The notes beneath the pieces are model-generated. The model saw only the letters and a program-made list of their open reading frames with translations. It did not search any database and was not told the origin of the DNA. The translations under genes and the position numbers were made by a program. From an uncultured Planctomycetia bacterium (lineage in GTDB: Bacteria; Planctomycetota; Planctomycetia; Pirellulales; PALSA-1355), in the NCBI GenBank assembly GCA_963699445.1, contig CAVOTX010000010.1, forward strand, positions 258,453-322,452: DNA of 64,000 bases, read 5' to 3'. Position 1 is the stretch's first letter; every line of letters begins with the position of its first letter. Shown here in pieces: positions 33,078 to 44,292 of this stretch.

Positions 33078-33271
33078 CCGGCGGCAGCGGGCCGCCGGCT
33101 TCGCCGATCGCCCGGTTTTTCCGTCCTGATCCGCGCTGCAAAGCGAGCCGGCCACAGGATTAACGTGATATTCCGACCGGCGACTGCGGGGCCGCGGAAT
33201 CGGCCTTGCCAAAACCGGCCCAGTTGGCGACAGTACGCCCCCTGCCCGACTTCCTCGATTAGCAAACCGCC

Positions 33272-35228
33272 GTGAATTCACCGCACGAATCGCCCGTCCA
33301 GCCGTCCCCCGCTCAACTGGCTGCCAGCAACCCGTCGAACGCAGCGCTGATTCGGCGCATGCTGGCCCTGGCCTGGTGCTATCGGGTCGATTGCATCCGA
33401 GTCGTCGTGCAACAGGTGCTGCTGGTTTCGATGGGGCTGGCGGGCCTGGGCCTGGTCGGCCTGGCCATCGACGTGATTCGTCACGCGGTGGACCATGGAG
33501 CCGCGGTGCCCCGCTGGCCGTGGGGAGTCGACATGCGGCCCGATTGGCCGCCGCTGGCCACGGTGGCAGGCATTGCGCTGGCGATCGTGCTGGTGGCCTT
33601 CGTGCAGTCGTCGCTGCGCTATCATACGGCGGTCGTCGTGGCCCGGCTTTCGCAACGCATCGTCGTGCAGCTTCGCTCCGACGTCTACGACAAGCTGCAG
33701 CGGCTGAGCTTTCGCTTCTTCGACGCCAACGCCAGCGGCTCGATCATCAATCGCGTGACCGGCGACGTGCAGGCGATGCGGATGTTCGTCGACGGCGTGA
33801 TCATCGAAGTCCTGACCGTCGTGCTGTCGCTGGCCGTCTACCTGGCCTACATGCTGAGCATCCATCCCGGCCTGACGCTCGCCTCGCTGGCCACGACTCC
33901 GCTGTTGTGGATCGCGGCCGTGACGTTTTCGCGGCTCGTCAAGCCGGCCTACCTGCACAACCGGGTGCTCAGCGATCAGATGATCCTCAGGCTGTCGGAA
34001 AACGTCCAGGGCCAGCAGGTCATCAAGGGTTTCGGCCGCCAGCAGGCCGAGATCGAAAAATTCCGCGCCGCCAACCGAGCGGTGCAGAACCATAAGCGGA
34101 CCATCTTCCAGAAGATCAGCCTGTTCCAGCCCGGCATGGGCCTGCTCACCCAGGTCAACCTGGCGGTGCTGCTGGGCTACGGCGGATACCTGGTCGTTGC
34201 AGGCGAGTTGCGACTGGGCGAGGGGCTGTTCGTGTTCGCCAACCTGCTGCAGGAGTTCGCCAACCAGGTGGGCCAGATCACGAACATCACCAACAGCGTT
34301 CAAGCCAGCCTGACCGGCGCGCAGCGGGTGTTCGAAGTGCTCGACGCCCCGCTGGAAGTGACCAGCCCGACGATGCCCGCCCGCGTCAAGCACGGCCGCG
34401 GCGAGGTGCGTTTCGACCGCGTGTCGTTCGGCTACGCGGCCGGGAGCGGCGTGCTGGAGGAGATCGATTTTGCCGTCCGGCCCGGCGAGTGCGTGGCGAT
34501 CGTCGGGGCCGACCGGCGCCGGCAAGAGCACGCTCGTCAGCCTGATTCCCCGGTTCTACGACGCTCGGCCGGCCGCGTGCTCGATCGACGGCGTCGACGT
34601 GCGCCGGATGGATCTCGACGACTTGCGGCGCCGCATTGGCCTGGTGTTCCAGGAAAACTTCTTGTTCAGCAACACGATCGCGGCCAACATCGCCTTCGGC
34701 AATCCGGAGGCCACGCCAGCAAGCAGATCGAATCGGCCGCCCGGATCGCCGCGGCCCACGATTTCATCAGTGCGCTGCCCGAGGGCTACGACACCGTGAT
34801 CGGCGAATACGGCGCCGAACCTTTCGGGCGGACAGCGGCAGCGGCTGGCTCTGGCCCGGGCAATGCTGCTGGATCCGCCGATCCTGATTCTGGACGACCC
34901 GACCGCGGCCATCGATCCGCAGACCGAGCATGAAATTCTGGCCGCCCTGGAAGCGGCCATGCGCGGGCGCACGACGTTCGTCGTGGCCCATCGACTGAGC
35001 ACGCTGCGGCGGGCCGATCGGATCCTGGTGCTCGAGGCAGGGCGGATCGTCCAGACCGGCACGCACGCCGAATTGCTGGCCCGGCCGGGCCATTATCGCC
35101 AGGCCGCCCAGCTGCAGTTGGCCGCCGGCGAGCGACGGCGCGACGCTCCTGTCCGCGGACCCGATCGCTCCGCCGCACTGGCCGCGGGAGGCCGCATGCA
35201 CCCGTCCCGCTCGACATCGCCGCCTTGA
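33272..35228 (+). pseudogene. ABC exporter permease/ATPase, first of an adjacent pair; about three frame breaks
   Basis: GTG at 33272. Six-TM exporter domain intact to ~34500, then Walker A G(P)TGAGKSTL in ORF 34470..34799, ...[32 protein letters not shown]... and [28 protein letters not shown] in ORF 34863..35228. Confidence 0.85.
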
Positions 35229-37031
35229 CCCGCCTGGCGCGGCCCGACGAGCAGGAGGCCGACCGCCGGCCGCTGGACCTGGGGCTGATCCGCCGGCTGT
35301 ATCACGTACACCCGGCCCTATGCCGCGCGGCGAAATTGGCTGCTGCTGTTGGTCATCGTGCGTTCGATCCAATTGCCGGCGCTGACCTGGGTGATCGCCG
35401 CCATCATCAAGGGCCCGATCGCCGGCGGCGACCTGCGGGCATGGCCTGGGGCGTGGCCGGTTTTGCGCTGCTGGCCCTGTCGACGCAATTCTGCATGCAC
35501 TTTCGCCAGCGGCTGGCGCTGGAACTGGGCGAAGTCGGTCGTGCACGATCTGCGCAGCGATCTGTTCGAGCACTTGCAGCGGATGCCGATGGCTTTTTTC
35601 ATCAGCGACCCGGCTGGGCCGGATCATCAGCCGCATGACGACCGACGTGGAATACGTGCGGATGGGCGTGCAGGAAGTGCTGTTCGTGAGCCTGGTGCAA
35701 TTGGGGCAGATGCTCGTGGCCGCGGCGTTCATGCTGTGGTACGACTGGGTGCTGTTTCTGCTGGTGCTGGGCCTGGTGCCCGTGCTGTGGGGCCTCAACC
35801 GCCATTTCAACCGGCAGCTGAGCCAGGCCCATCGCGCGGTGCAGGAATCGTTCAGCCGCGTGACCGCCACGCTGGCCGAGAGCGTCAACGGCATCCGCGT
35901 GACGCAGGGCTTCGTGCGGCAGGACACCAACGCCGCGATGTTCCGCGACCTGGTCAGCGACCATTCGCAGCTACAACTTCGGCCTGACGCAAACGCAGGG
36001 CCTGTTTCAGCGGCTGCTGGATCTGAACAACCAGTTCTTCATCGGCGCTGCTGCTGGTGGTGGGCGGCTGCCGGGTGCTGCAGCCGGGCTCGACCTGCGA
36101 CGTCGGCGACCTGGTCGGCTTTCTCTTCATGGCCGAACCTGTTCTTTTCGCCCGATCACCGGACTGGGCGTGCAATACAACCAGGCCCTGACGGCCATGG
36201 CCGGCGCCGAACGCGTCTTCGACATGCTCGACCGCCAGCCCGAGTGGCACGATGCGCCCGAGCGCCCGCGACTGCCGCGATCTGCCGGCCGCGTCGAGTT
36301 CCGCGACGTCACGTTCGGCTACGATCCGGACCGGCCGGTGCTGCACGAAATGAACTTCATCGCCGAGCCGGGCCAGACCGTCGCGCTGGTCGGGCACACC
36401 GGCAGCGGCAAGACCTCGATCATCAACCTGATCGCCAAGTTCTATCTGCCCGACCAGCGGGCAGGTGCTGATCGACGGCCACGATTTGCGCGCGATCACT
36501 GCCGCAGTCGCTGCGGCGCCAGATGGGCATCGTGCTGCAGCAGAATTTTCTGTTCAGCGGCACGCGTGCTGGACAACATTCGCTTCGGCCGGCCCGAGGC
36601 CAGCCGACCAGCGAAGTGCGTCGAAGCGGTCGCGCGGCTCGATTGCCTCGACCTGCTCGAGTCGCTGCCGCAGGGCTTGCAAACGCCAGGTCGGGCGAGC
36701 GGGGCGGCAGCCTTTCGCTCGGGCCAGCGGCAGATCGTCTGCTTCGCCCGGGCCATGCTGGCCGATCCGGCGCATTTTGCTGCTCGACGAAGCCACCAGC
36801 AGCGTCGACACGATGACCGAGGCCCGCATGCAGCGAGGCGCTGGCGATGCTGTTGCGCGGGCGGACCAGCTTCGTCGTGGCCCACCGGTTGAGCACGATT
36901 CGCCATGCCGACCTGGTGCTGGTGCTCGACGAGGGCCGGATCGTCGAACGCGGCACGCACGTCGAACTGCTGGCCCAGGACGGGTCTACGCCAATCTGTA
37001 TCGGCGATTCGTGCGGGCCAACGCGGCCTAG
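35225..37031 (+). pseudogene. ABC exporter permease/ATPase, second of the pair; six or more frame breaks
   Basis: TTG at 35225 overlaps the upstream stop. Fragments in ORFs 35225.., 35349.., 35635.., 36170.., 36465../36523.. and 36847..: ...[103 protein letters not shown]. Inferred end ...[14 protein letters not shown] at 37031. Confidence 0.8.
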
Positions 37032-37334
37032 CGGAACGGCTGGGGCGACGCCGTGGGGTCGCTCGGCCGTCCATTTTTCGTCCAGCGGCCAATGCCGATT
37101 CCGCTGCGGCCGGCCTTTCGGCTAACATACGCGGATGCTGAAATTGCCCAATGTCACCCACGCGTTTGAAGTCCTGCCGGGCACGACCGTCGCCGCGCCG
37201 GCAGGGCGGAGCGTACACCGTGGGGATAAACCCCACGGCTCGCTGGTCGACTTTCGGCGCCAAATCCTTCTCCTCTGCGCCTCGGCGTCCTTGACGCCGT
37301 TCGTTTCTTTTCTGTCCTCGTAACACTCTTCTCC

Positions 37335-37358
37335 TCTTTGCGTCTTTGCGTCTTTGCG
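37335..37358. repeat. 8-bp tandem repeat tctttgcg x3 inside a pyrimidine-rich element
   Basis: Units at 37335-37342, 37343-37350 and 37351-37358. Each contributes a TTG (37338, 37346, 37354), one in each reading frame, at the 5' end of the SBP-permease gene. Confidence 0.8.
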
Positions 37359-38962
37359 GTTCCATTCCTGCTTGCCGTCTCGCAGGCGCCGAACGCCACA
37401 GCCGATACGCTCGCCGAGATCCGCCCCGCGGCAAGATGATCTGGGGCGGCGATGCCGAAGGGGGCGGTCCGTACGTCTATCCCGACCCGGCCAATCCAAG
37501 ACAACGGATCGGCTTCGAGGTCGAGCTGGCCCAGTCGTTGGCCGAAGAGTTGGGCGTGAAAGCGCAGTTCATGCAAGGCGCGTGGGGCGATCTGCCGGCA
37601 CTGCTCGACACCCGCGAGATCGACGTCATTTTGAACGGCTACGAGCTCACGCCCACTCGCGTTGCGCGATGCGGTCGACCAGCCCCTATTACGTCTTTCA
37701 CTTCGCGCTCATGGCGCCTGGGGGGCGGATCGATTCGCGACTGGTCCGACCTGCGCCCCAATGCAAAGGGCGCCGGCCAAAGATCGGCGTGCTCACGTCG
37801 TCGGGGGCGTATTTCTATCTTCAAAAGCGATTCGCAGCCGACATCGATCTGAAGTCCTACAATGCCAACACCGACGCCTTGCGCGAGGTGGAGACCGGCA
37901 AACTCGACGCCACGGTCGTCGATTTGCCGATCGCGATTTTCTATCGTGACCAGTTTGCCGGTTTGACCCAGGTGGGCGAGCCGATTCGAGGCGGCTATTA
38001 CGTGGCCTACGTGCGGCCGGCCGACGAGGCGCTGTGTGCACGCGCTCGATCTGGCGCTGGCCCGGCTGCTGGAGACCGGCCGCTTGCGCGAAATCTACGA
38101 GCGTTACGGACTGTGGAACGCTGATCAGGAGCAGTTGGTTTCGCTGATGGGGAAGTCAACCGCGGAACTAGGTATTCGGGCGGTGCGATTCTCGCCCTGG
38201 CAAGTGATCGTCGAGCGCGGGCCGCTGCTGGTCGAGGCGGCCGGCATGACCATCTTCCTGGCCTGCGCCTCGATGCCGCTGGCCATCGTGCTGGGCCTGG
38301 CGATCGCGCTGGGCCGGCTGTATGGCCCCGCTCCGCTGCGCTGGCTGCTGGTCACCTATGTCGAAGTGATTCGCGGCACGCCGCTGCTTTTACAATTGTA
38401 CGTGCTGTTCTACCTGCTGCCCGAAATCGGCCTGACGCTGCCGGCGCTGGTCGCGGCGATCTCGGGCCTGGCGATCAACTATTCGGCCTACGAGTCGGAG
38501 ATTTATCGGGCCGGGCTGAGGGCCATTCCGCGCGGGCAGATGGAAGCCGCGCTCGCATTGGGCATGACCACCCGGCAGGCCCTGCGGCGGATCATCATTC
38601 CGCAAGCCGTGCGGATCGTGATTCCGCCGGTCACCAACGACTTCATCGCGCTGTTCAAAGACACTTCGATGTGCTCGGTCATTACCGTGATGGAGCTGAC
38701 CGGCGCCTACCAACAGCAGCGCAACGACACGCAAGCCACGGTCGTTTTGGCCGTGATGACTTCTCTGCTCTATCTGGCCATGAGCGTGCCGCTATCGCAT
38801 CTGGCCAGCCGGCTGGAGAAGCGCAGTGCGGCGCGGCGAAACAAGATGAACGCGGCAGCGCCCCGATCTGTCGTTGGCCGGCGGTTCGATCAGCCCACGC
38901 CGTTCGCCTTGAACCAGGCCAGCATCCGCTTCCAGCCGTCGGCGGCCGGCTCTGCGCGGTAA
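37338..38962 (+). pseudogene. amino-acid ABC transporter, fused periplasmic-binding domain + permease; three or more frame breaks; both ends uncertain
   Basis: A signal peptide is readable only from TTG 37338 (MRLCVFAVPFLLAVSQAPNATA). SBP motifs: IWGGDAEGGGPYVYPDP, IDVILNGYELTP, PYYVF, KIGVLTSSGAYFYLQ, LDATVVDLPIA. Permease in ORF 38036..38962 (VEVIRGTPLLLQLYVLFYLLP...AYESEIYRAGLRAIPRGQMEAALALGM...PPVTNDFIALFKDTS). Confidence 0.75.
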
Positions 38963-39755
38963 CTGGGGCGGTAGTCGGCCAGGAACGCATGCGGCGTGTC
39001 GGGATAGACGTGGATCTCGGCCGGCTTGCCCGCTTCTTTGATCGCGGCCCGCATCTTTTCCACCGACTCCTGCGGTATCCCCTGGTCGTCGCCGCCATAT
39101 AGCCCCAGCACGGGGGCCTTGAGCGCGGCGGCCAGATCGACCGGTTGCTTGGGATGCAGCTCGTCGGCCTCGCCGGCCGGCGCGACCAGCCGTCCGTACC
39201 AGGCCACGCCGGCTTTGAGGTCGGGATTGTGCGCGGAATAAAGCCAGACGATCCGACCACCCCAGCAGAACCCGGTGATGCCAAGTTTCGACGTGTCGCC
39301 GCCCGACTCTTTCGCCCAGGCCGCCGTGGCGTCCAGATCGGACATGACTTGTGCGTCGGGCACCTTCGAGACGATCTTGCGGATGTCGGCGAAATCGGTG
39401 AGCTTCGACACGTCCCCCTGCCGGGCGTACAATTCCGGCGCGACGGCAAAATAGCCCAGCTTGGCCAGTCGCCGGCAGAGGTCTTTGATGTGTTCGTGAA
39501 CGCCGAAAACCTCCTGCACCACCAGGATTACCGGCGCCCTTTCTTGCCCGCCGGCAGGGCCCGATAGGCGGGAATATCGCCGTCCTTGACCGGGATCTTG
39601 ACCTCGCCCGCGTCGAGCCCGGCGGTGTCGGTGGTGATCGTTTCGGCCGAGACCGGCTGGACCGCCAAAGCGAACCCTGCGGCCAGGCTCGACACGACGA
39701 ACGAGCGGCGGGTGATATCGATTTTCGGCAGCAGGCTGAGCAGATCATCGTGCAT
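38890..39755 (-). CDS. dienelactone hydrolase-family protein with TAT-type signal; one frame break
   Basis: ATG at 39755 ([37 protein letters not shown], tail of ORF 39528..40490), joined near 39535 to ORF 38890..39522 ([31 protein letters not shown]...GITGFCWGG...). Confidence 0.85.
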
Positions 39756-39903
39756 GGGAGGATTCCTTGATTCGTGTTGCTGGGGCGGGCAATGGCCCAG
39801 ATGCATCCCCAGTGTTTTATCGTTTGCCGGCGCCGGCGAGAAGACACCCGAACTCTGGGGGGCTGGTCCGATGTTGCCGGCGGGAAACCGAGCGCGGCGC
39901 GAA

Positions 39904-40421
39904 TTACTCTGGCGGCTCGGCATGTGCGGCGGGCGGCCCCCGACCGGCAGGCTGGTCATGGGTCTTTGGAGCCGGCACAGTCGCATTTGGCTCAACGCCC
40001 AGGAATTCCACAAACTCACGCTGCCCGTTGGGAAAATAGTAAAACGCGTGGTCGGCCTCGGGAAACAAGCTTCTTGCTTGCTGTACGTCCGGGTGCGATT
40101 CGCAGATAAACGGTGACCCATCCGCCGGGCGCAGCCCAACAATGTCTTCTGGCGGGATGGGAACATACAGCAGGCAGACGCCGCGCTCCCCAAAAAGCCC
40201 CAAGAATCCGGGTGCGGATCTGGGAGTGTCCCACTCAACGCGCCGCTCGACACCGGCCGGAAGGGTGTTTCCCTCGATCGCGGTAGCCGCCGGGAAACGG
40301 CCTCCCAATACGCGTGCCGCTTGGAAAGCCAAGAGAGATTGTAGCCCAGCCCGACTCCAAGCACGGCCACCGCCACGAATAGCGTCCGCAAGCTGAACCG
40401 AAACCAACGGCGAGTGGTCAT
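39904..40421 (-). CDS. hypothetical membrane-anchored protein with RFSLRTLF N-terminus; one frame break
   Basis: ATG at 40421: [32 protein letters not shown]... (ORF 39528..40490). It continues in ORF 39904..40479 (...[62 protein letters not shown]...). Break near 40300. Confidence 0.5.
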
Positions 40422-40486
40422 GTTGGTGGATCCGTCCACACGAGCGAATGCGAAATCGAGCCGACAGTTTCCAACGCAAGAAACTG

Positions 40487-41979
40487 TCAACCCGCCTTCA
40501 GCCCGCGGTCGAAGGCGTCCTGGTCGCGGCTGTAGAGAGCCAGCGTCGATTCGAATCGTTCGCTGGAAATCTTCCAGCTGGGCGATTCATCGGTGTAGGC
40601 GTTGCAGTGGGCTACCATCAGGCGGTACATGAATTTGAACAAGTGCCGCGGCACGCGCAGCCCGCGAAAGGCATCCATCAGCCGCCGGTCGGTGATCGAT
40701 TCGTCGAACAGGTCGCGCAGGCTGGGATTGGCCCCCGGAAGGGCGCAGGCCCGCAGCCGGGCCAGCGCCACGTCGTACAGCGCCTCGCCCGTCCATTCCA
40801 GCGAGGGGATCATGTTTTGCTTGTCGAGCCGGGCTCGCTGGTAAAAATCGCGGTCCTCGCGATCGATGTATTGCGACAGCTCGATGGGCAGCAGCAGCTT
40901 GAAGCCGATGCCGGGATGCTTGAGGAACTTGTTGTCGAGCATCGGCCAGAGCATGGCCCGCATCTGCTCGACCGAGCCGTTGATCAGGTGCGGCTCGTCG
41001 ACGCGATCGACCAACACGACAATGCCGTGGAAGCCGAGCGTTTCCAGAATGCCCTGGAACTTCGAGACCAGTTCGTAGCGGTCGTCAGTCCGCTGCTTGG
41101 TGGGCAAAGGCTGGCCGGTAATTTCGCCGGCCGTGAAATGCATCAACACCTGTCGCATGGGGCGCGTCACGCGGTTGCCCACGCGGACGTTCTTGGTGAT
41201 CGCCCGGGCTTGCCAGAACCGTTTCCAGCAGCGCCAGACCCAAGGCAGCCAGCCGGCGGCCATCACGACGTAGGGCCAAGGCGTGCCCAGCCAATCCCAT
41301 TTGGCTTGCCAGGCGATCAGCGCGAGCACCAGGGCCGTGGCCAGCCACGCGCCGGCCAGATCGAAATGCGATTTGAGCGTGTGGTAGCGCAGCTTGCGGC
41401 GCAGGCGGTGCCAGCGGCCTTTGGTGGTCTCGGCCGACGATTGGTCGTAGCAGGCGGCCAACAGCAACAAGTCGCGGGCCTGGTGCCGGTCGAGCGATTT
41501 GACGTCGATCGGCCCGGCGTCGGCGCCGGCCGTGTCGGCCGGCTGCTTGACTTCCAGGATGCGATCCACGAGCCCCGTCACGCCCAGCGACAGGATCGCA
41601 TCCATGTGATCCCACAGCTTCCACTCGGCCAGCACGCGATCCGAGCGCTGGCGGCGGCTGCTCAAACGATCGCGAAACCGATCGAGGAACGGGTTGAAAT
41701 CGTCGTATTCGATCACGAACACCCGTGCGCCCGGTGCGCCCGATTGTAGGCGGCCAGATGCCGCACGATCTGCAGCCGCATGGCCGTCTTGCCCGACCCC
41801 TTTTCGCCGAACACGATCGACGTGGCGGGCTCGGCCGGGTTGCCGTAGATCTTGTCCCAGGTGGGATGATACGTGCTATCGATGCAATGCTCTTTGAACA
41901 CCGGGTCGGTTTGCGCATCCTCCTCGGCGAACGGGTTGCAGGCGATGCCGTGATGCTCGAGGAACTGTTGTGTTCGCAT
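40487..41979 (-). CDS. P-loop NTPase with two TM helices inserted between Walker A and Walker B (KAP-like architecture); one frame break
   Basis: ATG at 41979: [23 protein letters not shown]...[16 protein letters not shown] (Walker A, ORF 41713..41979). Break near 41725-41745. ORF 40487..41722 has hydrophobic [18 protein letters not shown] and [19 protein letters not shown], then Walker B-like [12 protein letters not shown]. Confidence 0.7.
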
Positions 41980-42089
41980 GGCAAACCGCGCAAAAGAAAA
42001 GGAAGCCGATCAAATCGTGTTAAGCCCACCGGCGGCGGCCGGTGGGGGCAGCGCCGCCGCGGGTCCGGAGCGAATCGCGCCCTGGCTTG

Positions 42090-42641
42090 CTATTTTCGCT
42101 CCAGCGAACCGATCATCTGGGAAAACGCTTTTTCGTTTTCCGTCACGGTCCGCTGCGGTCCGTAGAGCTTGATGAAATAATTGCCCTGCTCCTTCGAGGC
42201 GATGATCGCGGCAAACATGCGATACCCGGGCCGCTTGACTTCCGTGCCGGAAAAGGGCGGCTTGTCCTTGAACGTGCCCGAGATGTCGAGCAAATGCACG
42301 TCGCAGCCGGCGACCTTCTGCTGGGTGACCTTGGCCTTGGCGGGAGCTCCGTCGGGCTGTTCGAATTGCCCGGTCCAGCGCTCGATGTTGGCCTCGACGC
42401 TGCCGCCCGCCCCCATCAGCGTGATGCGGCCGTCCGTTTCGTCCCCTTCGGCTTTCGGCGCGGCGAACTCGTATTCGATGATGTTGTTCTGCGGCTTTTT
42501 CTTCTGCCAGTTTTCCGCCACCTTCAACTGCAGCTTGCCGCCGGCGAACTTCACCGTGTGGTCTTGGACGTCGTCCGCCGCGGCGGTGCCGATTAGCACT
42601 CCCAGCGCGAGCAGCGGGAACACGGACTTTGCGAGTTGCAT
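42090..42641 (-). CDS. secreted hypothetical protein (183 aa)
   Basis: Intact ORF, ATG at 42641, signal MQLAKSVFPLLALGVLIGTAAA. No family recognised. Confidence 0.6.
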   Translation of the reverse strand: MQLAKSVFPLLALGVLIGTAAADDVQDHTVKFAGGKLQLKVAENWQKKKPQNNIIEYEFAAPKAEGDETDGRITLMGAGGSVEANIERWTGQFEQPDGAPAKAKVTQQKVAGCDVHLLDISGTFKDKPPFSGTEVKRPGYRMFAAIIASKEQGNYFIKLYGPQRTVTENEKAFSQMIGSLERK

Positions 42642-42751
42642 GGTTGGTGAACCTTGAGGTTAAGTGCGTCGAAATCGAGCCGGCCGGCGCCGCCACCGGC
42701 ACATCACCGCGGGGAGAGCAAACCATCGTTGCCGAGCGCGGCGTCGTCGGC

Positions 42752-42814
42752 CACGGCGACATTCGTCACGGCGTCATTCGTCACGGCGTCATTCGTCACG
42801 GCGTCATTCGTCAC
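42752..42814. repeat. 15-bp tandem repeat (cacggcgtcattcgt) x4.2
   Basis: Units at 42752, 42767, 42782 and 42797, plus a partial one. The first unit has one mismatch. The repeat overlaps the stop codon (42804-42806) of the zinc-ribbon/GYF gene. Confidence 0.9.
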
Positions 42815-44075
42815 TGTCGTCCGCGTCTTCATCCATGGCTGCGGGCTTGGCTTTCTTGCCCGCGGGCTTCTTCGCCGCCTGCGACTTCTTGGTCGGCTCT
42901 TTGGCAGCCGGCTTTTCCTTGGCCGCTTCGGCCGGCTTGGGCCGCGGCGCACCGGCCTCGGGCTCATTCTGGCGGCTCAGGACCACGGCCAACACGATGA
43001 CCAACACGACCGTGAGCACCACCAGAATGACGCTGACGATCATCGTCATGTCGGCCTGCTGACGCCGACGCTTGCGAATGCGGGTACCCGACTCCTCCGT
43101 CTGATCCGTCGTGGCGAATGTTTCGGCCGGCACTGCCAGGTTTCCGACGGCGTGGCCGCCGATGACCTGCCCGACCGGATACCCCGTCGGACTGGCCACG
43201 CCGACCGATTGCACCGGTGCCATCACCATGCCTGCCGGCGCCATACCCAGCGGAGCGACCGGCGCCGCAGCAGCGGCTCCCCAGGGGCCGCCTTGCATCG
43301 GCATTGCGGGCGCCGCGGGAGCGGCGCCGTAACCGGGCGCGGGAGTCCAGGGCGCGGCGACCGTGGCGGCCAGTTTGGGAAAGGTCGCCGCCGCCGAACG
43401 CCATTCCGGCCAACCGGTGCGCCAGACCAGCGCCGTGGCCGCCACGCGGCCCTCGTCGATCCAGGCCCGCATCGTCTCGCCCGGCGCCGGACCGAACTGT
43501 CCGCCGCTGGCCGGACGCACGTACCAAACGGCTGCCGGCGCTTCGTCGATCGCATCGCGCATGCCCATCGCACCATATCCGGCCATCGGCGCTGCGGCAG
43601 CCGGGACCTGCGGCGCGGCAACCGGCTCTCGGGCGCCGAAACCGCCCGGCGCAACCCCACCGGCCCCCCAGCCTCCAAACCCCGGATTGGCCGGTGCCGC
43701 AGGCTGGGCAAAGGCGGCCGGGTTGACGCTGCCGGCCGGCGCACCGGCGGCAGGCATTGCCGCGTTGGGCACTGCGGCAGTTCGGGCTTGATTCGGCTGG
43801 CCAGCCGCAGTCGCGGCGGCCGGCGCCTTGCTGGCAAAGTTGGCGGCGATTGCGCCGGCGGACGCGGCGTGGACTTGATCGGCGGCAGCCGGCGAAAGGT
43901 CGCTGCCGTTCTCGGGCGTGATCTGATCGTCCGCGTCGGCACCAGCGGCGGCGATTTGGCTTTGAGCGGGCACCATCACCTTGGCGCCGCACTGGGGGCA
44001 AATCGCCTTCTTGCCGCTCAAGAACGACTTAACGTTCAGCTTGTGGCCGTTTGGACAGTAAAACTTGATGCCCAT
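42804..44075 (-). CDS. zinc-ribbon + GYF_2(DUF4339)-like domain protein with C-terminal TM helix and Lys/Ala/Pro-rich tail
   Basis: ORF 42804..44099; likely ATG at 44075 (MGIKFYCPNGHKLNVKSFLSGKKAICPQCGAKV). GYF-like WYVRPASGGQFGPAPGETMRAWIDEGRVAATALVWRTGWPEWRSA. TM helix MTMIVSVILVVLTVVLVIVLAVVL. Intact. Confidence 0.7.
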   Translation of the reverse strand: MGIKFYCPNGHKLNVKSFLSGKKAICPQCGAKVMVPAQSQIAAAGADADDQITPENGSDLSPAAADQVHAASAGAIAANFASKAPAAATAAGQPNQARTAAVPNAAMPAAGAPAGSVNPAAFAQPAAPANPGFGGWGAGGVAPGGFGAREPVAAPQVPAAAAPMAGYGAMGMRDAIDEAPAAVWYVRPASGGQFGPAPGETMRAWIDEGRVAATALVWRTGWPEWRSAAATFPKLAATVAAPWTPAPGYGAAPAAPAMPMQGGPWGAAAAAPVAPLGMAPAGMVMAPVQSVGVASPTGYPVGQVIGGHAVGNLAVPAETFATTDQTEESGTRIRKRRRQQADMTMIVSVILVVLTVVLVIVLAVVLSRQNEPEAGAPRPKPAEAAKEKPAAKEPTKKSQAAKKPAGKKAKPAAMDEDADDSDE

Positions 44076-44237
44076 CGATCTACCAAAGTCAACGCCCATG
44101 CAAGGCGGGGGGCGCGTTCGTGGATCGCCAACCGCCCGGGCTCGTTATACCTGCGCGAAGCGCCGCGCGCTCGTTCGCAACGGGCCAGCGCCGCCTCGGC
44201 GGACTTTCCGCGCTGGCCCCAGCTCAAAATCCCAATC

Positions 44238-44292
44238 GCCAAATTTCAGGCCAATGCCAAATTCCAGGCGACTGCCAATTTTCAGGCCACTG
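44238..44292. repeat. three imperfect 18-19-bp direct repeats in a divergent intergenic region
   Basis: cgccaaatttcaggccaat / gccaaattccaggcgact / gccaattttcaggccact. Confidence 0.8.

Noticed and set aside
42752-42814. Possible CRISPR array (short direct repeats), also considered for 44238-44292 and for the 72-nt LRR periodicity at 24466-25516.
   Set aside because: The repeats are contiguous with no spacers (15 nt and 18 nt), or are protein-coding LRR units. No cas genes, and the repeat length is below CRISPR range.
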